A DNA stretch of 64,000 nucleotides, taken from Octopus sinensis. Its lineage: Eukaryota. The first letter of the stretch is position 1; each line of letters starts with the position of its first letter. The notes under the pieces are model-generated. The model saw only the letters and a list, made by a program, of their open reading frames with translations. It did no database searches and was not told where the DNA came from. The stretch spans positions 39,556,001 to 39,620,000 of the forward strand of contig NC_043009.1 of assembly GCF_006345805.1 (NCBI RefSeq). The letters are read 5' to 3'. Of this stretch, positions 13,110 through 26,084 are shown piece after piece. A program made the translations under genes and the position numbers.

Positions 13110-14073
13110 TAATATTCCGCTTAAATCAACAGAAGGCAATGTTGTAGGAAGAAGGGAACACCATAATGGCTGCTACGAGGCTTGGAAATTTACGCAGAAC
13201 AATTATGACAAAATGAGAAGAGTGGAATGGCTCAGAAATATTTGAGCAGAGGAGGTAAAAGACTAGCCAACTGCGACGAACAGAGACTATTACAGTGGCA
13301 GTAGAATCACATATAGCGGTGAAAGTACACCTGTATGCCAGAAGAATAACTTTTTTCATTAAAGATTGTATGCTATATGATCGAGTGCCATGTCTCTGAA
13401 TGTAGTCCAAAATATATGATCATGTAGTAGATGTGTCCTAGATACAAGAGCAATACTCCATTATGAGTTTTATTTGATTGTGCTTTGACTTTTCGAAAGT
13501 TCAGAATATAACTTTGTTAATAGTATACATTCTTGTACCCTATTCCAAACAGTTATGACATCGTGCCTGTGTGAAAATTCCCTGGCAATGATTTGGATGA
13601 ATGCATTACAGGATAAATACATGAGCTCCATCAATTAACTACTGTATGAAACGTGGATAAATAAATTTCATTTTTCGGCTGCAAAGGAGAGGAATTTATC
13701 AACACAAAAATCCCCTCTAACACAGAATTTCTCAGCTCAATGTAACATAAATATTTTAATTTCGTTAAGTAGAGATATTCTACACTTTCATTAGCTTACA
13801 ATATGAAGATACTAAATCACAATTAGACATAGAAAATATTCCTTACACATATCCCTGAGAATGAAACAATCCCAAAATTCCATTGTATTTGAGAATCAGC
13901 CCATGATTTTCGTGAAGGAAGAGTATCCTCCAAGAAAACAAGTGGGGAATTAGCCTGGAATTCCTAGCACAGAGTGAAATCAGGTAACATAGAAAATATT
14001 TCAGATTAAATGTACTGTGAAACTGCATTCAATTCCGTCTTATGGTCGACGCTGTAAGGTTCAAGTGACTCAC

Positions 14074-14105
14074 GTATAGTAGCATGAGACATCTGAGTTT
14101 TCTAC
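14074..14105 (-). CDS. Candidate 32-nt internal exon (unverified)
   Basis: Acceptor attactaaactcttgttgcag|G and donor TAC|gtgagt. Open frames VENSDVSCYY (phase 0-2) or RKLRCLMLLY (phase 1-0). Confidence 0.2.
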
Positions 14106-14959
14106 CTGCAACAAGAGTTTAGTAATTGCAATTGACACTTATTTTACGTATAACACAGATAATGTATACTTGAAATATTTTAACTCATACGGTAATATAA
14201 AAAAAGCAAAGAATATGACAACTCAATGCCATTTTTAAAAAGCACATCTATGTGTAATAATAAACCATCCTCTTTTTTTGCAGAGTATAATCAACAACCA
14301 GTCTGGAGATAATCGACTTTGCTGTCCAGAACCGCCGATTTATCATTCGATCCTTCAGATCCAAGCCGTGAAATAACATTCGCAATCCGCATTTTGATCC
14401 AAACTGATTAAAATATATGTGCGCATTGTGATCGTCGAAGAACGACGAGAGTGCATTTATCTTGGAAATCTTACTTCATAGTTACCACACACAAACACCC
14501 GTGCACACACACACACACATACAAGCACACACACATATAGTGACCCGAGTTTGTGAAGCTCGAACCTTCGGCGATTCCACCAATCCACCACTCTTACGAT
14601 AAAGTTCAAATATGATGATTACATCAACAAGATTAAATGTAGTTATTCCATATGATCTCCAAAATAGTTATTTATGAAAGTATTCAAGTGCATTTTCTGC
14701 CATATCATAGGCTTGTGTGTGTTTGTGTATGAGTTTCCCTCTGTATGTATATAAATATATATATAAATGTAAAAAAAAAAAAAAACTAAAACAACGTCTG
14801 TTTAACGGAATTGTTTTAAATCGTTCAAGCATTTAAATTTTAATATTTATTGTATTCATAAGGCAACAAAATATTGTGAAAATGCTACAACAAAGCAGAA
14901 ACTTCCACTCCTCTCTCTCTGCCATATGCTTTTCTATATGTATACACACGCATGTATAT

Positions 14960-15039
<80 letters not shown>

Positions 15040-15440
15040 GTATACGGGTTCATGTGTATGTGTGAGTGTTTGTGTGTATGAGAGACAGAGAGAGAGAGAA
15101 ATAGTGAGAGAAAGATTGTGTGTGCATGGGTGCCTGCTGGTGTATCACTAGATATACTATTTTATTTGGTTCAAATGTAAGCATTATAAATATATCCTTG
15201 TCTGTGACATCATTTAATCTCTCACAAAATTGCTTATGTAAACAATATATTTTAATATATTGCCTCCAAGTCAAACTTTACTCTTAAAAAAAACACTTTA
15301 ATGTATCTATCCCACGCATCAATTCATATCATACAAATTTTCGAACAAAAGGGAGAGTTTCTCAGAGCTAAAAATAGTGGTTAAATCGCCATCAAATCAT
15401 ACCAAATAATTTCTTAATATAATTTTGGATGTAAAAATAA

Positions 15441-16055
15441 AAGGCGGTGAGCTGGCAGAAACGTTAACACGCCGGGAGAAATGCTTAACCGTATTTCGTC
15501 TGTCTTTACGTTCTGAGTTCAAATTCTACCGAGGTCACTTTGCCTTTCATCCTTTCGGGGTCGATAAATTAAGTACCAGCTGCGTATTGGGGTCGATCTA
15601 ACTGACAGACCTCCTTCCCCCAAAATTTCGGGCTTTGTGCTTAGAGTAGAAAAGAATATAATTTTTAATGTAAGGCGGCGAGCTGGCTGAAACGTTAGCA
15701 CTTCGGATGAAATGCTTAGCGGTATTTCGTCTGCCGTTACGTTCTGAGTTCAAATTCCGCCGAGGTCGACTTTGCCTTTAATCCTTTCGGGGTCGATAAA
15801 TTAAGTTCCAGTTACGCACTGGGGTCGATGTAATCGACTTGATCCGTTTGTCTCTCCTTGTTTGTCCTCTCAGTGTTTAACCTCTGGCGGGTAGTAAAGG
15901 AATAGGTATATTGTCTGTCTTTATGCTCAGAGTTGAAATTCCGCCGAGGTTTACTTTGCCTTTCATCCTTTCGGGGTCAATAAATTAAGTACCAGTTGCG
16001 ATTGGCACCCTCCCCCAAAATGTCGGGCCTTGTTCCTAGTGTAGTAAAGAATATA
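15441..16055 (+). mobile_element. Head-to-tail trimer of SINE family A (tail1-tail2-tail1)
   Basis: Copies at 15441-15660, 15672-15904 and 15905-16055 (5' truncated) all carry the GCCTTTCATCCTTTCGGGGTC core. Confidence 0.9.
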
Positions 16056-16289
16056 ATTTTGGATGCATTATCTTAAAAAATAAAAATCATTCCATCATAT
16101 CTAAGTAGCCAGACTCCCTACAATGTTATACATAATGTAATACATCGTTGCATAAGGTGTTTTTATGGAAATGTTTAAGCTTTCTTTTCGTTTGTAGTAC
16201 CCCTATATTGTTCAGCTCAGAATGATGGTGTGATATTATGCACACTTCTAGTATAACCCGCTATTTAATTTTTTAATTGTTTTCGATGA

Positions 16290-16760
16290 ATCAGAATGAA
16301 GGTGTTGTGCTTAATACCTCCTCGGGTTCCTTCTGCGACTATTGAGATCCTTGGTAGTTTCATGTTTATCATGGACAACAGTAAGGAAACAGGTGCATGG
16401 ATAATATGGGGGATGGGAAGAATTCCAGCGTGTTGGTTCCCTACGAATGAATAATTGAGTAAGGTATTTCCTTACTGTGCGTGACGTGGAAGTGGAAATA
16501 GATTATGGGATTGAAGCAAAGCAAGACGAACGTATCCTATAGGTGTGGGTGCAAACGATATTCAACCAAATAGTTTCGAGAGGCAGATAATATTCTTATT
16601 ACGGAAGAGTAAGGAAACAGTGTATGAGTGAGTTAGAAGCTGAAGTGTACTTGTGAGTTACTTCGAACCAATCCGTCCTGTGTTATTTTTGGTGGTGGGT
16701 GAAATCTGACATGGTGATATAGAATCTACAGCAGTACCACCAAAGTCATGAAGGCTGAAT
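16290..16760 (-). mobile_element. Decayed Penelope-like GIY-YIG region
   Basis: Broken frames give HPPPKITQDGLVRSN (LRDxLVRS-like) and NPIIYF...FVG (NxIY...YIG-like). Very degraded. Confidence 0.3.
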
Positions 16761-17982
16761 TTTATTGTGCCTCATTTCAGATAGATAAAGAGTCGTCAAC
16801 TGCTAGCTGCTGAAGTATTTTAGACCCTAAAGAAAACAGTTTTCCTTTGAGAGTTTTTGCTATGCGAAATTCTAAGCTTTTTAATCCTACAATTTATACT
16901 GAATTTGATGGTGCATGGTGGCGTACTATATTGAAGAATACATCTTTCTTATCATCCGTCCTCATGATCCTTCTATAACTTTATTTATTACCACAACGAT
17001 AAACACTAATCCTCAGAAAATGATGTAATGCATTTCTCACCCAGTCAAGCTTATTATTTGCTTTGGCTTTATTTCTTTCAAGGAATATTTTGTTTTGTTT
17101 CTTATCTCAACATCGCACTGAATTTTATGTGTTGATGTTTATAATGAATCCACCATTTTCTAATATGTCACCGATGTACACCAATCTCAAATATAACCCT
17201 ATATTCACACTGTTGAGTAATACTTGATGAGCACTCTTTCATTCTCACTTCTAATTGATCGTAAACTTAGACCTAACATATAATGCAACAGTATTCCAAA
17301 ATGCTTCCATTCATGTTACAGAGCACATACTAAGAAATCACTCTAGATTGCCATTAAGTAGGATAAGCACAGACATCCGTTCCTCTAATATATTAATGAC
17401 TGAATATTTTGGACATTATTGAAGAACTGATTCTTATTTACAGCTACCCATTATTTAATATGTCTATTTGCATTTCAAAATGATATTTGAAGACTGCATA
17501 TTTTCTAGGTCAAAATACTCTCAACAGTGAAACAAAATATAATGAATTGTAAAGCTAAGAATAAACCACAAAATATAATATAGAAGCTGTATATAGATTA
17601 GATCATTTCATAGTATCAATATTTATTAGAATTAATATGTACTTTTGTGGCTGTGTTAGTGCATGTATGTGCTTGTATATAGGTGTTATAAATCAATCAA
17701 TATTTTTTATTTTTAGGAGTAGAAGAAAAAATATAGATCGAAGGAAAAACAAATAAGGCGCATAACTAGTAGCAGTTCAGTTGATGTCAATTGCTTTTTA
17801 TAAGAGTGTACAAGTCTTTTACAACGCTGCTGTACATTCTATATGGGCTCACTCGTCCTCTCACCCACAATTGCGCTATCCCTTTACTCAGTATTTTCGT
17901 CTGTAGAGAATATTGCATCGAAACTATTTCTTTTAGTATTATCTCAACTCAAACGTACATGATGTTCTCGTTTTTCTTTCAG

Positions 17983-18060
17983 ATGCTGTTGTTGCTTATT
18001 GTAGCTTTTACTATCGTTTATCTTGGTGTTGGGATAAACGACATTCACAGTTTTGGTTAT
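17983..18060 (+). CDS. Candidate 78-nt exon encoding a signal-peptide/anchor-like segment (unverified)
   Basis: Acceptor atgttctcgtttttctttcag|A and donor TAT|gtaagg. Phase 0-0 reads MLLLLIVAFTIVYLGVGINDIHSFGY. Confidence 0.4.
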
Positions 18061-18619
18061 GTAAGGGATGTAATGCGTTGACCATGTCATAACAACTACT
18101 CTACATGCATGTGCGTAGTTGTTCGCTTAAAGGTGATCTAAATAAGTGGGCTGTTAGTTTCCATTTCGGAGTTTTTATTCAGAGTAAAATTCAGACTCGA
18201 CGGGAATAAAGAGATAGAGGAAGACCCAATATGGTGCGTAGTCTATGAACTCAATAGATTTATCCGAAATTGATCACAAGTACTGCAATATTTCTTTAGA
18301 TTGATAACATTCCCAGAATCTCCAGTTTTGGAACCAATATAAATTCATACATGTTTATACATACATGCGTATACATATATGAGACATTTCGGCAATATTA
18401 AGTATTCATGATCTTAATAGTCATATATTCACTTTTGGCTTCTTTAATTCCTAAACGTACAATGTTATATTTAGGTTTGTATCGTTTGGAGCTGTTATTT
18501 ATTGGAATGGTTGACTACAACGTCATTAGCAAATACAATTCGGATGAGATTTTATAGAGACCGATTCTACCCCCGACAGGTTTCGAAAGTTTTCAAACAT
18601 AATCTATTAGTATGTTGAA

Positions 18620-19197
18620 TAAGTGAAGCGCCTGTGTGTCTCCTTTGTTACACAGGAGGTCATGTTTCTATTATATGCCATGAGACAAGATGTTCATATT
18701 GAATTTCTACTAAGACAATCTTCTTAGAAATGTATTTTAATCATAGTATTTTTGGAATACAGCGCATTTTTTTTTTATTTCTCCTTTGCTTTCAATACAA
18801 GGAGAAGATGCAGCGCCCGCAACCTTTTAAATGGATGAAATCATTGAGGTTAATGTCTACTGTGATCTTCTGTAAGTTAATGTCAACAGGTAAAACCTAG
18901 TCTAATGTGCTGATTGCAGAACGGTGTGGATGTCGACTGAAAAATTTAGCAAAGTGTTTTGTGCTTGGTTTCTGTTGCATTCACAAGAGAAGGCGATGCT
19001 TAGGTAGAACTAGTAGGCAGCTTTCTTGTTCAGAGTAACAAAAGGTGTTTAGGTAGTGATAGGTGAGGCAAAATTAAAAACAAGAGTACAGATCTTGTAG
19101 TGGATAAAACCTGTTGTTTTATTGTATTGCCCATTTTGAATGCAGTTAGTAATGGTCGTGTGCTACTAGAAATTGTTAAACATTACATGAGCTGACA

Positions 19198-19283
<86 letters not shown>

Positions 19284-20650
19284 TGTAGATGGTTGAAAAG
19301 GAACACGCGAGTTGATATATATATGGAAAAAAGTCAAGGTAGAAAATGCTAGAATAATTTTTCTAAGAAACATTTCAGTACCGGATTTGGTCATTGAGAT
19401 GTTTTATGTGTTTTATAGTATTAGCAATAATTTTTATTTGGGAGGTGTTCATCAGGAATCATAATAAATGACAAGACCTGACGTTTGTGACGACTTTGTT
19501 AATGTGTAACGTAAAGGTTTGTGAACGTCACGTCAATAATTTGTAGTGATAGTAACTGATGGATGTTTATATTTTTATTAGTGTGATAGGAGGTAAAAAG
19601 TTGAGCTCATGACCATCACAATATCTCTGAGTCTACTGTGATCTATGTTCGATGTGTTGAAATTACGTGTTGGTGTAGCAGTGTGTCCTTGTGTTCGTTA
19701 ATATATAACGATGGAGAGAGGTGGAGAGGTAACTAAAATAAATTTAGACCAGAAGAATATAGGCTGTAGTATAAATACAGTTAGGTCAGCGTACGCTGCT
19801 ATCCTTGTGGTCATCTGAGTGAAAAGTTCCGATCTCAAAGATCAGAAACGGTGCTGATCAAAGTAAGATAATTAGTAAAGAGTGCCCCATGAACATGAGA
19901 AGCAGACTCTGGATGAAATAAAATGTAGACTTGATCTTGGATTATAGAAATGGATGAAATATAGTGAATTAGTATTTTTTCCTCAGAAGAGAACACGAGA
20001 TTTGTGTGATGTGTGAAAGTCAAGAAATATAAGGCCGAGGGGCGATCTTCTTAATTCAATTTATATTGCTGACGGGGAAGAAACCTTGTACAATTCGTTG
20101 TTTATGTTTTTTTCCGTTAACGTCAATTTGTCGCTCTTTGTTGCCCTGGTTAGGGTGATGTTCTGATCTTCATGCCCCATTGCATGTTAAATATATAATC
20201 CAGTTTGAGACAAATGCTTCAGTAAAAGTAATTCGTGAGTTTTGAGATAATACGTTAAACCAGTAATCGGATGTTGGCTGAAAAGGGAATGATTTCAGTG
20301 GTTCTAAATTCATGGATCAGCTTTTTTATTGAAACGGCTCAGGTATTTACGTATTCACTCACTGTCTTGGGATGACAGGAAGCCATTTTCTTTTGCATCT
20401 CATACGACAGAAACATCTCCATAGCTGTCACCGTCACTGCTAACAACGATCTGTTTGTTATTGATCCGACTATTAAACTGGGGATTAGTTTAAGGTTTCA
20501 CAATATCTTTAATGTGCAAATAATGCTTAGATTACATTATTCAGTTGTAACATTCCCTTCAATATTCTGTTACAATGTTACTGGATTATTCTTCCCAAAA
20601 TTTCTCTATAATTGTTATTTCATTGACTAAGGATTTCTTCTTAGATAATT
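18620..20650 (-). mobile_element. Decayed CR1/Jockey-group LINE (RT plus C-terminus), split by (TG)n
   Basis: IAAYADLTVF (YADD-like) near 19775-19805, a HVHG motif at the GVPQG position, and a C-terminal HFAKFF...VLPVDINLQK segment near 18850-18970. Confidence 0.5.
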
Positions 20651-20762
20651 TTTCCACAACTAAATACATTTTTGAAGTTTGAAACTGGCGACGGTTAATG
20701 GATTCAGGACACATTTCATGCAATCTCATTTTTAATATAATATGTAAAAATCCTTATGTGTG

Positions 20763-20845
<83 letters not shown>

Positions 20846-20858
20846 GTTTATCTATCTG

Positions 20859-20926
<68 letters not shown>
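20763..20926 (+). repeat. (TCTA)n microsatellite
   Basis: Direct reading. Similar tracts occur at 10258-10314, 28390-28480, 32700-32790, 33000-33070, 33470-33570, 38315-38405 and 59447-59550. Confidence 0.95.
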
Positions 20927-20927
<1 letters not shown>

Positions 20928-21039
20928 AGTAAATGTCTGCCTGTCTGTTTGTGTGTGTTTGTGTGTGTGTGTATGTTTGTGTGCATGTGTGTATCCTCAA
21001 ACATATACATATACATCCATGTATGTATTTTTCTTTAAT

Positions 21040-21420
21040 CTTTTATTTATTTAACTCGTAGGACTGCAGCTGTGCTGGGGCACCGCCTGGAAGAATTTTG
21101 TCGAATGAATGGGCTTTAGTCCTTTATTTTGAGCCTGGTACTTATTCTAATAACCCCTCTTACCAAAACCACTAACTTCATGGGTCGTAAACAAACCAAT
21201 ACCGGTTCTCAAGCGATGCAGGAGAAAAAAACAAAAACAAAAAGACACTCATATAGATATGTAGATATATATACGACAGACTTCTTTCAGTTCCCGTCTG
21301 TAAAATCCACTCACAAGTCTTTTCCTTTGGCCCATGGTTATTGTAGAAAATAGCTACCCAGGTGTTACGCTGAGGTAGTGAACCTGGAAATATGTGGTAG
21401 GAAGGACAATTCTCCGTGTG
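21040..21420 (-). mobile_element. Degenerate SINE family B
   Basis: Contains TTCTTTCAGTT.CCGTCT...AAATCCACTCACAAG and GGTACTTATTCT, reverse complements of family B motifs. Confidence 0.7.
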
Positions 21421-23105
21421 CAATACAGAACAATCGGACTTTATATACTTAATTTATTATTAATGTTCCTATATAATGCAGTTATGAAGCAAACCAATCT
21501 CTCTACATTTTCAGAAGACATATAAACTCTATGGTTTCCGTACAGCTTATACACCTTACTCTTCCCATGAAAATACATTACTTAGTTATATTTAGAAGAA
21601 TGTCTATTAAAAATGCGTTATAAAATTTTCCACTTGATTCACGAGAAAATTTGATAAATTTATCATTCACTTTAATATATGCATACATACATATACATTA
21701 CATATTATATATATACATATATAAATATCAGTATGTATATGATATATATATATATATATTAATATATATTATATATATAAATATATCAGTAGGTATGTAT
21801 ATATATATATATATATATAGATATATATATATTCATATCCGCAGGCTCATCATCGCCAAACAATGTGGTATCATTGCACAAATATTTCAATACCAAACGG
21901 ATCAAATTTGCACAGATAATATAGATATAGATCATGTTAACAGTAAAATTCGGTGTAATCCTCATTGTTTAAATCACTTTTGTTGCTATATGCTTCAGTT
22001 GAATGCTAGAACAATCGATTTAAAGAATAGCGGTTGAAATGAATAACACCACTATAAATGTCGCATTCATGTATGCATGTTTAATAAACGTAGGTATTTT
22101 GATATCAATACACTGAATCTTGCTGAATAGACAGAATAGATAGATATAAAGTTTTCACAATACACACCTCAGTAAGCAGGATATCCATTCCTTTAGAACA
22201 GATTACAATGAATGCAAATTTCATTGACCATTGTTTGAAAGTATAAATGTTATTTCTATATATATATACCGAGTTTTATCAGTGTAACCGCTTCCATTTC
22301 ACTGGAATTAATGCAGAACAAATCAAAACATATTCTTATTCACTCTTCCCAATATATATTAATAAGTAGATTAAGTTTATAGTTCTAAGTATATAAATTG
22401 AAATATACACACGTATACAAACACACCGAAAGATATAGTGTGTCATGTTTCGGTCACACTAATGTCTTTTTAGTACTCACAGAAATATTCTAATTCATAC
22501 ATATTATACTAAATGAAATCTCTAATGATGTCAGCTTTCTGCCAATTTAAATATTTTCTCACTGGAATGCTTTCACTGGGTGCTAAGAAATTGAGTTATC
22601 ACTTATGTAATATCAATAATTATAGAGAAATGATCTTGTGAATTCTAATAAGCAGCGTCTATAGACATCAACCGAGCCAAATTCTCTGCTCTTTATAACG
22701 TACGGATAGGATTGACTGTTAAACTAGACTAATGTCGTGTAATATGTATTAGAATCTGGTAAAAATGTGTGCATATATTTTTAAGTTGAAAGAGTGACAT
22801 AAAACTAATAAATCTGTATTCGTGCTTTAGCGTTAATAGCACCTTACTGATACGAGAACTGAAACACATCACCAAATACCTATACGTGTGTGTATGTGTA
22901 TGTGTGTGTGTGTATGTGTGTGAGTGTATATATATATATATATATATGTAGTTAGATATATACATACACATACACATACGTATAGGTGATGGTGGTGGGA
23001 AAGAAATGGGATGCTGAAGAATGTAAAAACGAATATCATCGACAAATACATTATCTAATGCATACTCCAGGAATATATATATATACATACATATATATAT
23101 ATATA

Positions 23106-23167
<62 letters not shown>

Positions 23168-23276
23168 ATAATATAACATATATATATATATATACATATA
23201 AATATATTAATATATATTATATATATATTATATATATAATATATATATGAAATGTATATACAGATATATAAGTGTG

Positions 23277-23342
<66 letters not shown>

Positions 23343-23989
23343 GAGAAAAAAGAACAAATATACGTTTGTCTATGAAACCTCTTCCGTCGAATCGGTATAC
23401 AGAAACCGATGATTACAGCTTCAGGGTAGAGAGATAAGTAATAGGATTGTGTATAATAAAAGCTACTATGTTGTCAGCTAAACAAAAATGACAGCATATA
23501 CTGATGTCTACCATCAATCCTGCTCAGTAAAGAAGTTGAAACGTAGATTTCTGCTAAGGCTTCGTTTCTTTGCAATAATAGTCAATACATAAAGCAATGA
23601 TATAGAATTATGTAGTTGCAGTAGCTATGTGTTCGTGTAATAATAATACAGTTACAAAATTCCTTTATGTAAGTATATAAAAATTATGAAGGTAGCTCTG
23701 CATCTGGAAAATTGTGAGAAACGTTTCTATGACTTTGCGTATAAGTATAAATGCATACCTATTCATATAGTTTAGAATAAGCGACAGACGAACTACAAAG
23801 ACACACTCAAGCGAAAAAAAAAAATATAATGTTTTCGAACTGGAAGTTTGTATACACGGACTACACACACACACACACACATGCATGTAAAACACACATG
23901 CACATTTGCACGTGCACACATTAGCATCATGCACATACACGTGCTTTCTCACACATGCACGCGTGCCGGCCCATACCCGCGTATACATA

Positions 23990-24310
23990 CACGTACATTA
24001 ACTTCTCACGGAAATTCGTGCTCGTGAGCGCACAGACACATCCTCGCATATAGCCAGGTCACTGTTGCCTCCCTTGACACGCATGCACCTCATGCCAACT
24101 TTTTCCTCTACCTGCCATTTGGACATGACTTGACCATTTAATTCATACATGTTTTTTTTCTTTTTTCCTCTCAGTATCTTTTTTTTTTTCTTCTTATCTA
24201 TACTTTCTGTAGAAGAGCGTGGGCTCGAAGCGTTACAAACACTTTCCTTTTATGAAACTAACAAACTCTGTTTATCTTTCACCACGTTTTTTATGCTTTT
24301 GGACTACACG
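23990..24310 (+). mobile_element. Penelope-like terminal repeat remnant with degenerate hammerhead-like motif
   Basis: CTGTAGAAGAGCGTGGGCTCGAAGCGT at 24207-24233 matches the minus-strand motif at 44099-44136. Confidence 0.5.
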
Positions 24311-24313
24311 TAA

Positions 24314-24345
<32 letters not shown>

Positions 24346-24836
24346 ACAAACACACATACACGCACACGCGTGCACACACGTGCAACACTAACAGAACACA
24401 CAGACACACATATATGTCTATATACTTATCGATGAGTGTGTGTGTGCATACAAAGTATATATATATATTTTTTTTTTACAAGAACAAACACAAGACAAAG
24501 TTTTGCAATATTTTGGTAAATTATTTGCTTTATTCGTCAAGTTACAATAAATAGAACTTAGCATTCAAGGTGTAGGCCATCGTGTTTCACTGTGTGGAGC
24601 CACCTTGCTGTCAGTTTATTAACACAACGTATATTTTGAGGTGAAGAACTCCACTGAAGAACTCATTGGCAAACAGATAATGCTCTCTCTCTCCCTCTCT
24701 GTATCTGTGTGTGTCTGTGTGTATATGGATCTACAAATACAATATCCTTACACATCTCACATCTATTTTCTCTCCACCTCACTCTCTATGTTTTATCTTA
24801 TCTAAATTAACTATTACTTAACAATCCTCTCACATT

Positions 24837-24884
24837 GTCTCCGATGAAGAGATATAATAAATATCCTGGAAACAGCTGTAAGAC
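24837..24884 (+). ncRNA. Type I minimal hammerhead ribozyme motif (Penelope-type)
   Basis: GTCT (stem I) - CCGATGA (core, U4C) - AGAGATAT/AATAA/ATATCCT (stem II with one bulge) - G - GAAAC - AGCT - GTA - AGAC (stem I'). Palindromic stem III loop; predicted cleavage after A24880. Confidence 0.6.
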
Positions 24885-24947
24885 CTATCTGTAAATGTTC
24901 CAAAACCACAGCCTTGTTTTTTTTTATCTCATTACGAAACACACCCA

Positions 24948-25009
<62 letters not shown>

Positions 25010-25104
25010 AACGATTCAGATGAAAATACCGAAGACTTCACTCAACACATTTGGTACGAGTTACCAACATGATTTAATCTCAAATTAATTTTTCCATAAT
25101 GCCA

Positions 25105-25292
25105 GTGATTGGGGGAAGGGGATGGGAGTTAGTCGAACACATTGACCCCTGTGTTCAGCTGATACTTATTTTATTGACCTCGAAACGATGAAAGGCAACA
25201 TCGACCACAACATAATTTGAACTCTGAACGTAAACACGAACGAAATAAGTAGTTTTCCCAGCGTGCTATCATTTCTCCAAGCTCGCCACCTT
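25105..25292 (-). mobile_element. Degenerate SINE family A
   Basis: GATGAAAGGCAACATCGACC...TTTGAACTCTGAACGT...GCTCGCCACCTT. Confidence 0.75.
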
Positions 25293-25966
25293 GGTTACAT
25301 ATATAATTTAGTTACAGTTTCATTCCGCTATATGCAATCTAACGTTTTACAGGCTGCTACAACGAACGCGCGAAACGTTTAAGTTGTATGGGTTTGAGTC
25401 AAACTCTAATTAAGTAAACTTTCGACATTTTTGGTCAAAAAGAGTTCTGCCACCCAATATTTCTGTCGGAAAGAGCTCTGCCACCCAATACTCTTATCTA
25501 TAGTTTATATATATATAGTTTTACAAAGCAAATTATTACATCATTTTCTCTCCAAAGTTCATAGATTCTTATGACGTGTGTATGTATACATTTCAAAATG
25601 TAACCACATGTGGATTGTGGGCGATTTTTTCCCGCTGTCTTCCTTTTCTCTTGGACTTTCCTCTGTCTCCTTATTTCTAAAGAAGAGTTTTGCTCAAAAC
25701 GTAAAACCACCTTTCTTTCCTTCCCTGAGCGTCTGCTAATACTTTGGATGTACCATATATACCGCCCCCACCAAAAAAAAACCCCAAGAACAAACACAAT
25801 ACAAAAACAACAACGTTAAGGCGTGGTGTACATGCAAAGTATTAGCAGACGCATATATATATATATATGTGTGTGTGTGTATGTATGTATGTATGCATGT
25901 ATGTATGTATGTATTATATTATATATATATATATCTATATCTATATATATATATATATGTACGTTA

Positions 25967-26031
<65 letters not shown>

Positions 26032-26084
26032 GTATGTATATACATGTTGTGTGTATGTATGTTATTTATGCATATATGTATGTA

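Noticed and set aside
12747-13410. ORFs 12747-12998 and 13126-13410 as genes
   Set aside because: No recognisable motifs, and the first overlaps a MITE.
14284-14375. Plus-strand acceptor (cctctttttttgcag) with peptide SIINNQSGDNRLCCPEPP
   Set aside because: No good donor before the in-frame stop; possible UTR exon but unsupported.
21845-21942. Candidate exon after a (TA)n tract (AHHRQTMWYHC or LIIAKQCG frames)
   Set aside because: Poor polypyrimidine tract and weak donors.
25439-25492. 21-bp direct repeat pair AAAGAG(T/C)TCTGCCACCCAATA resembling a mini-CRISPR
   Set aside because: Only two units, an 11-12 nt spacer, eukaryotic context and no cas genes; a local duplication.
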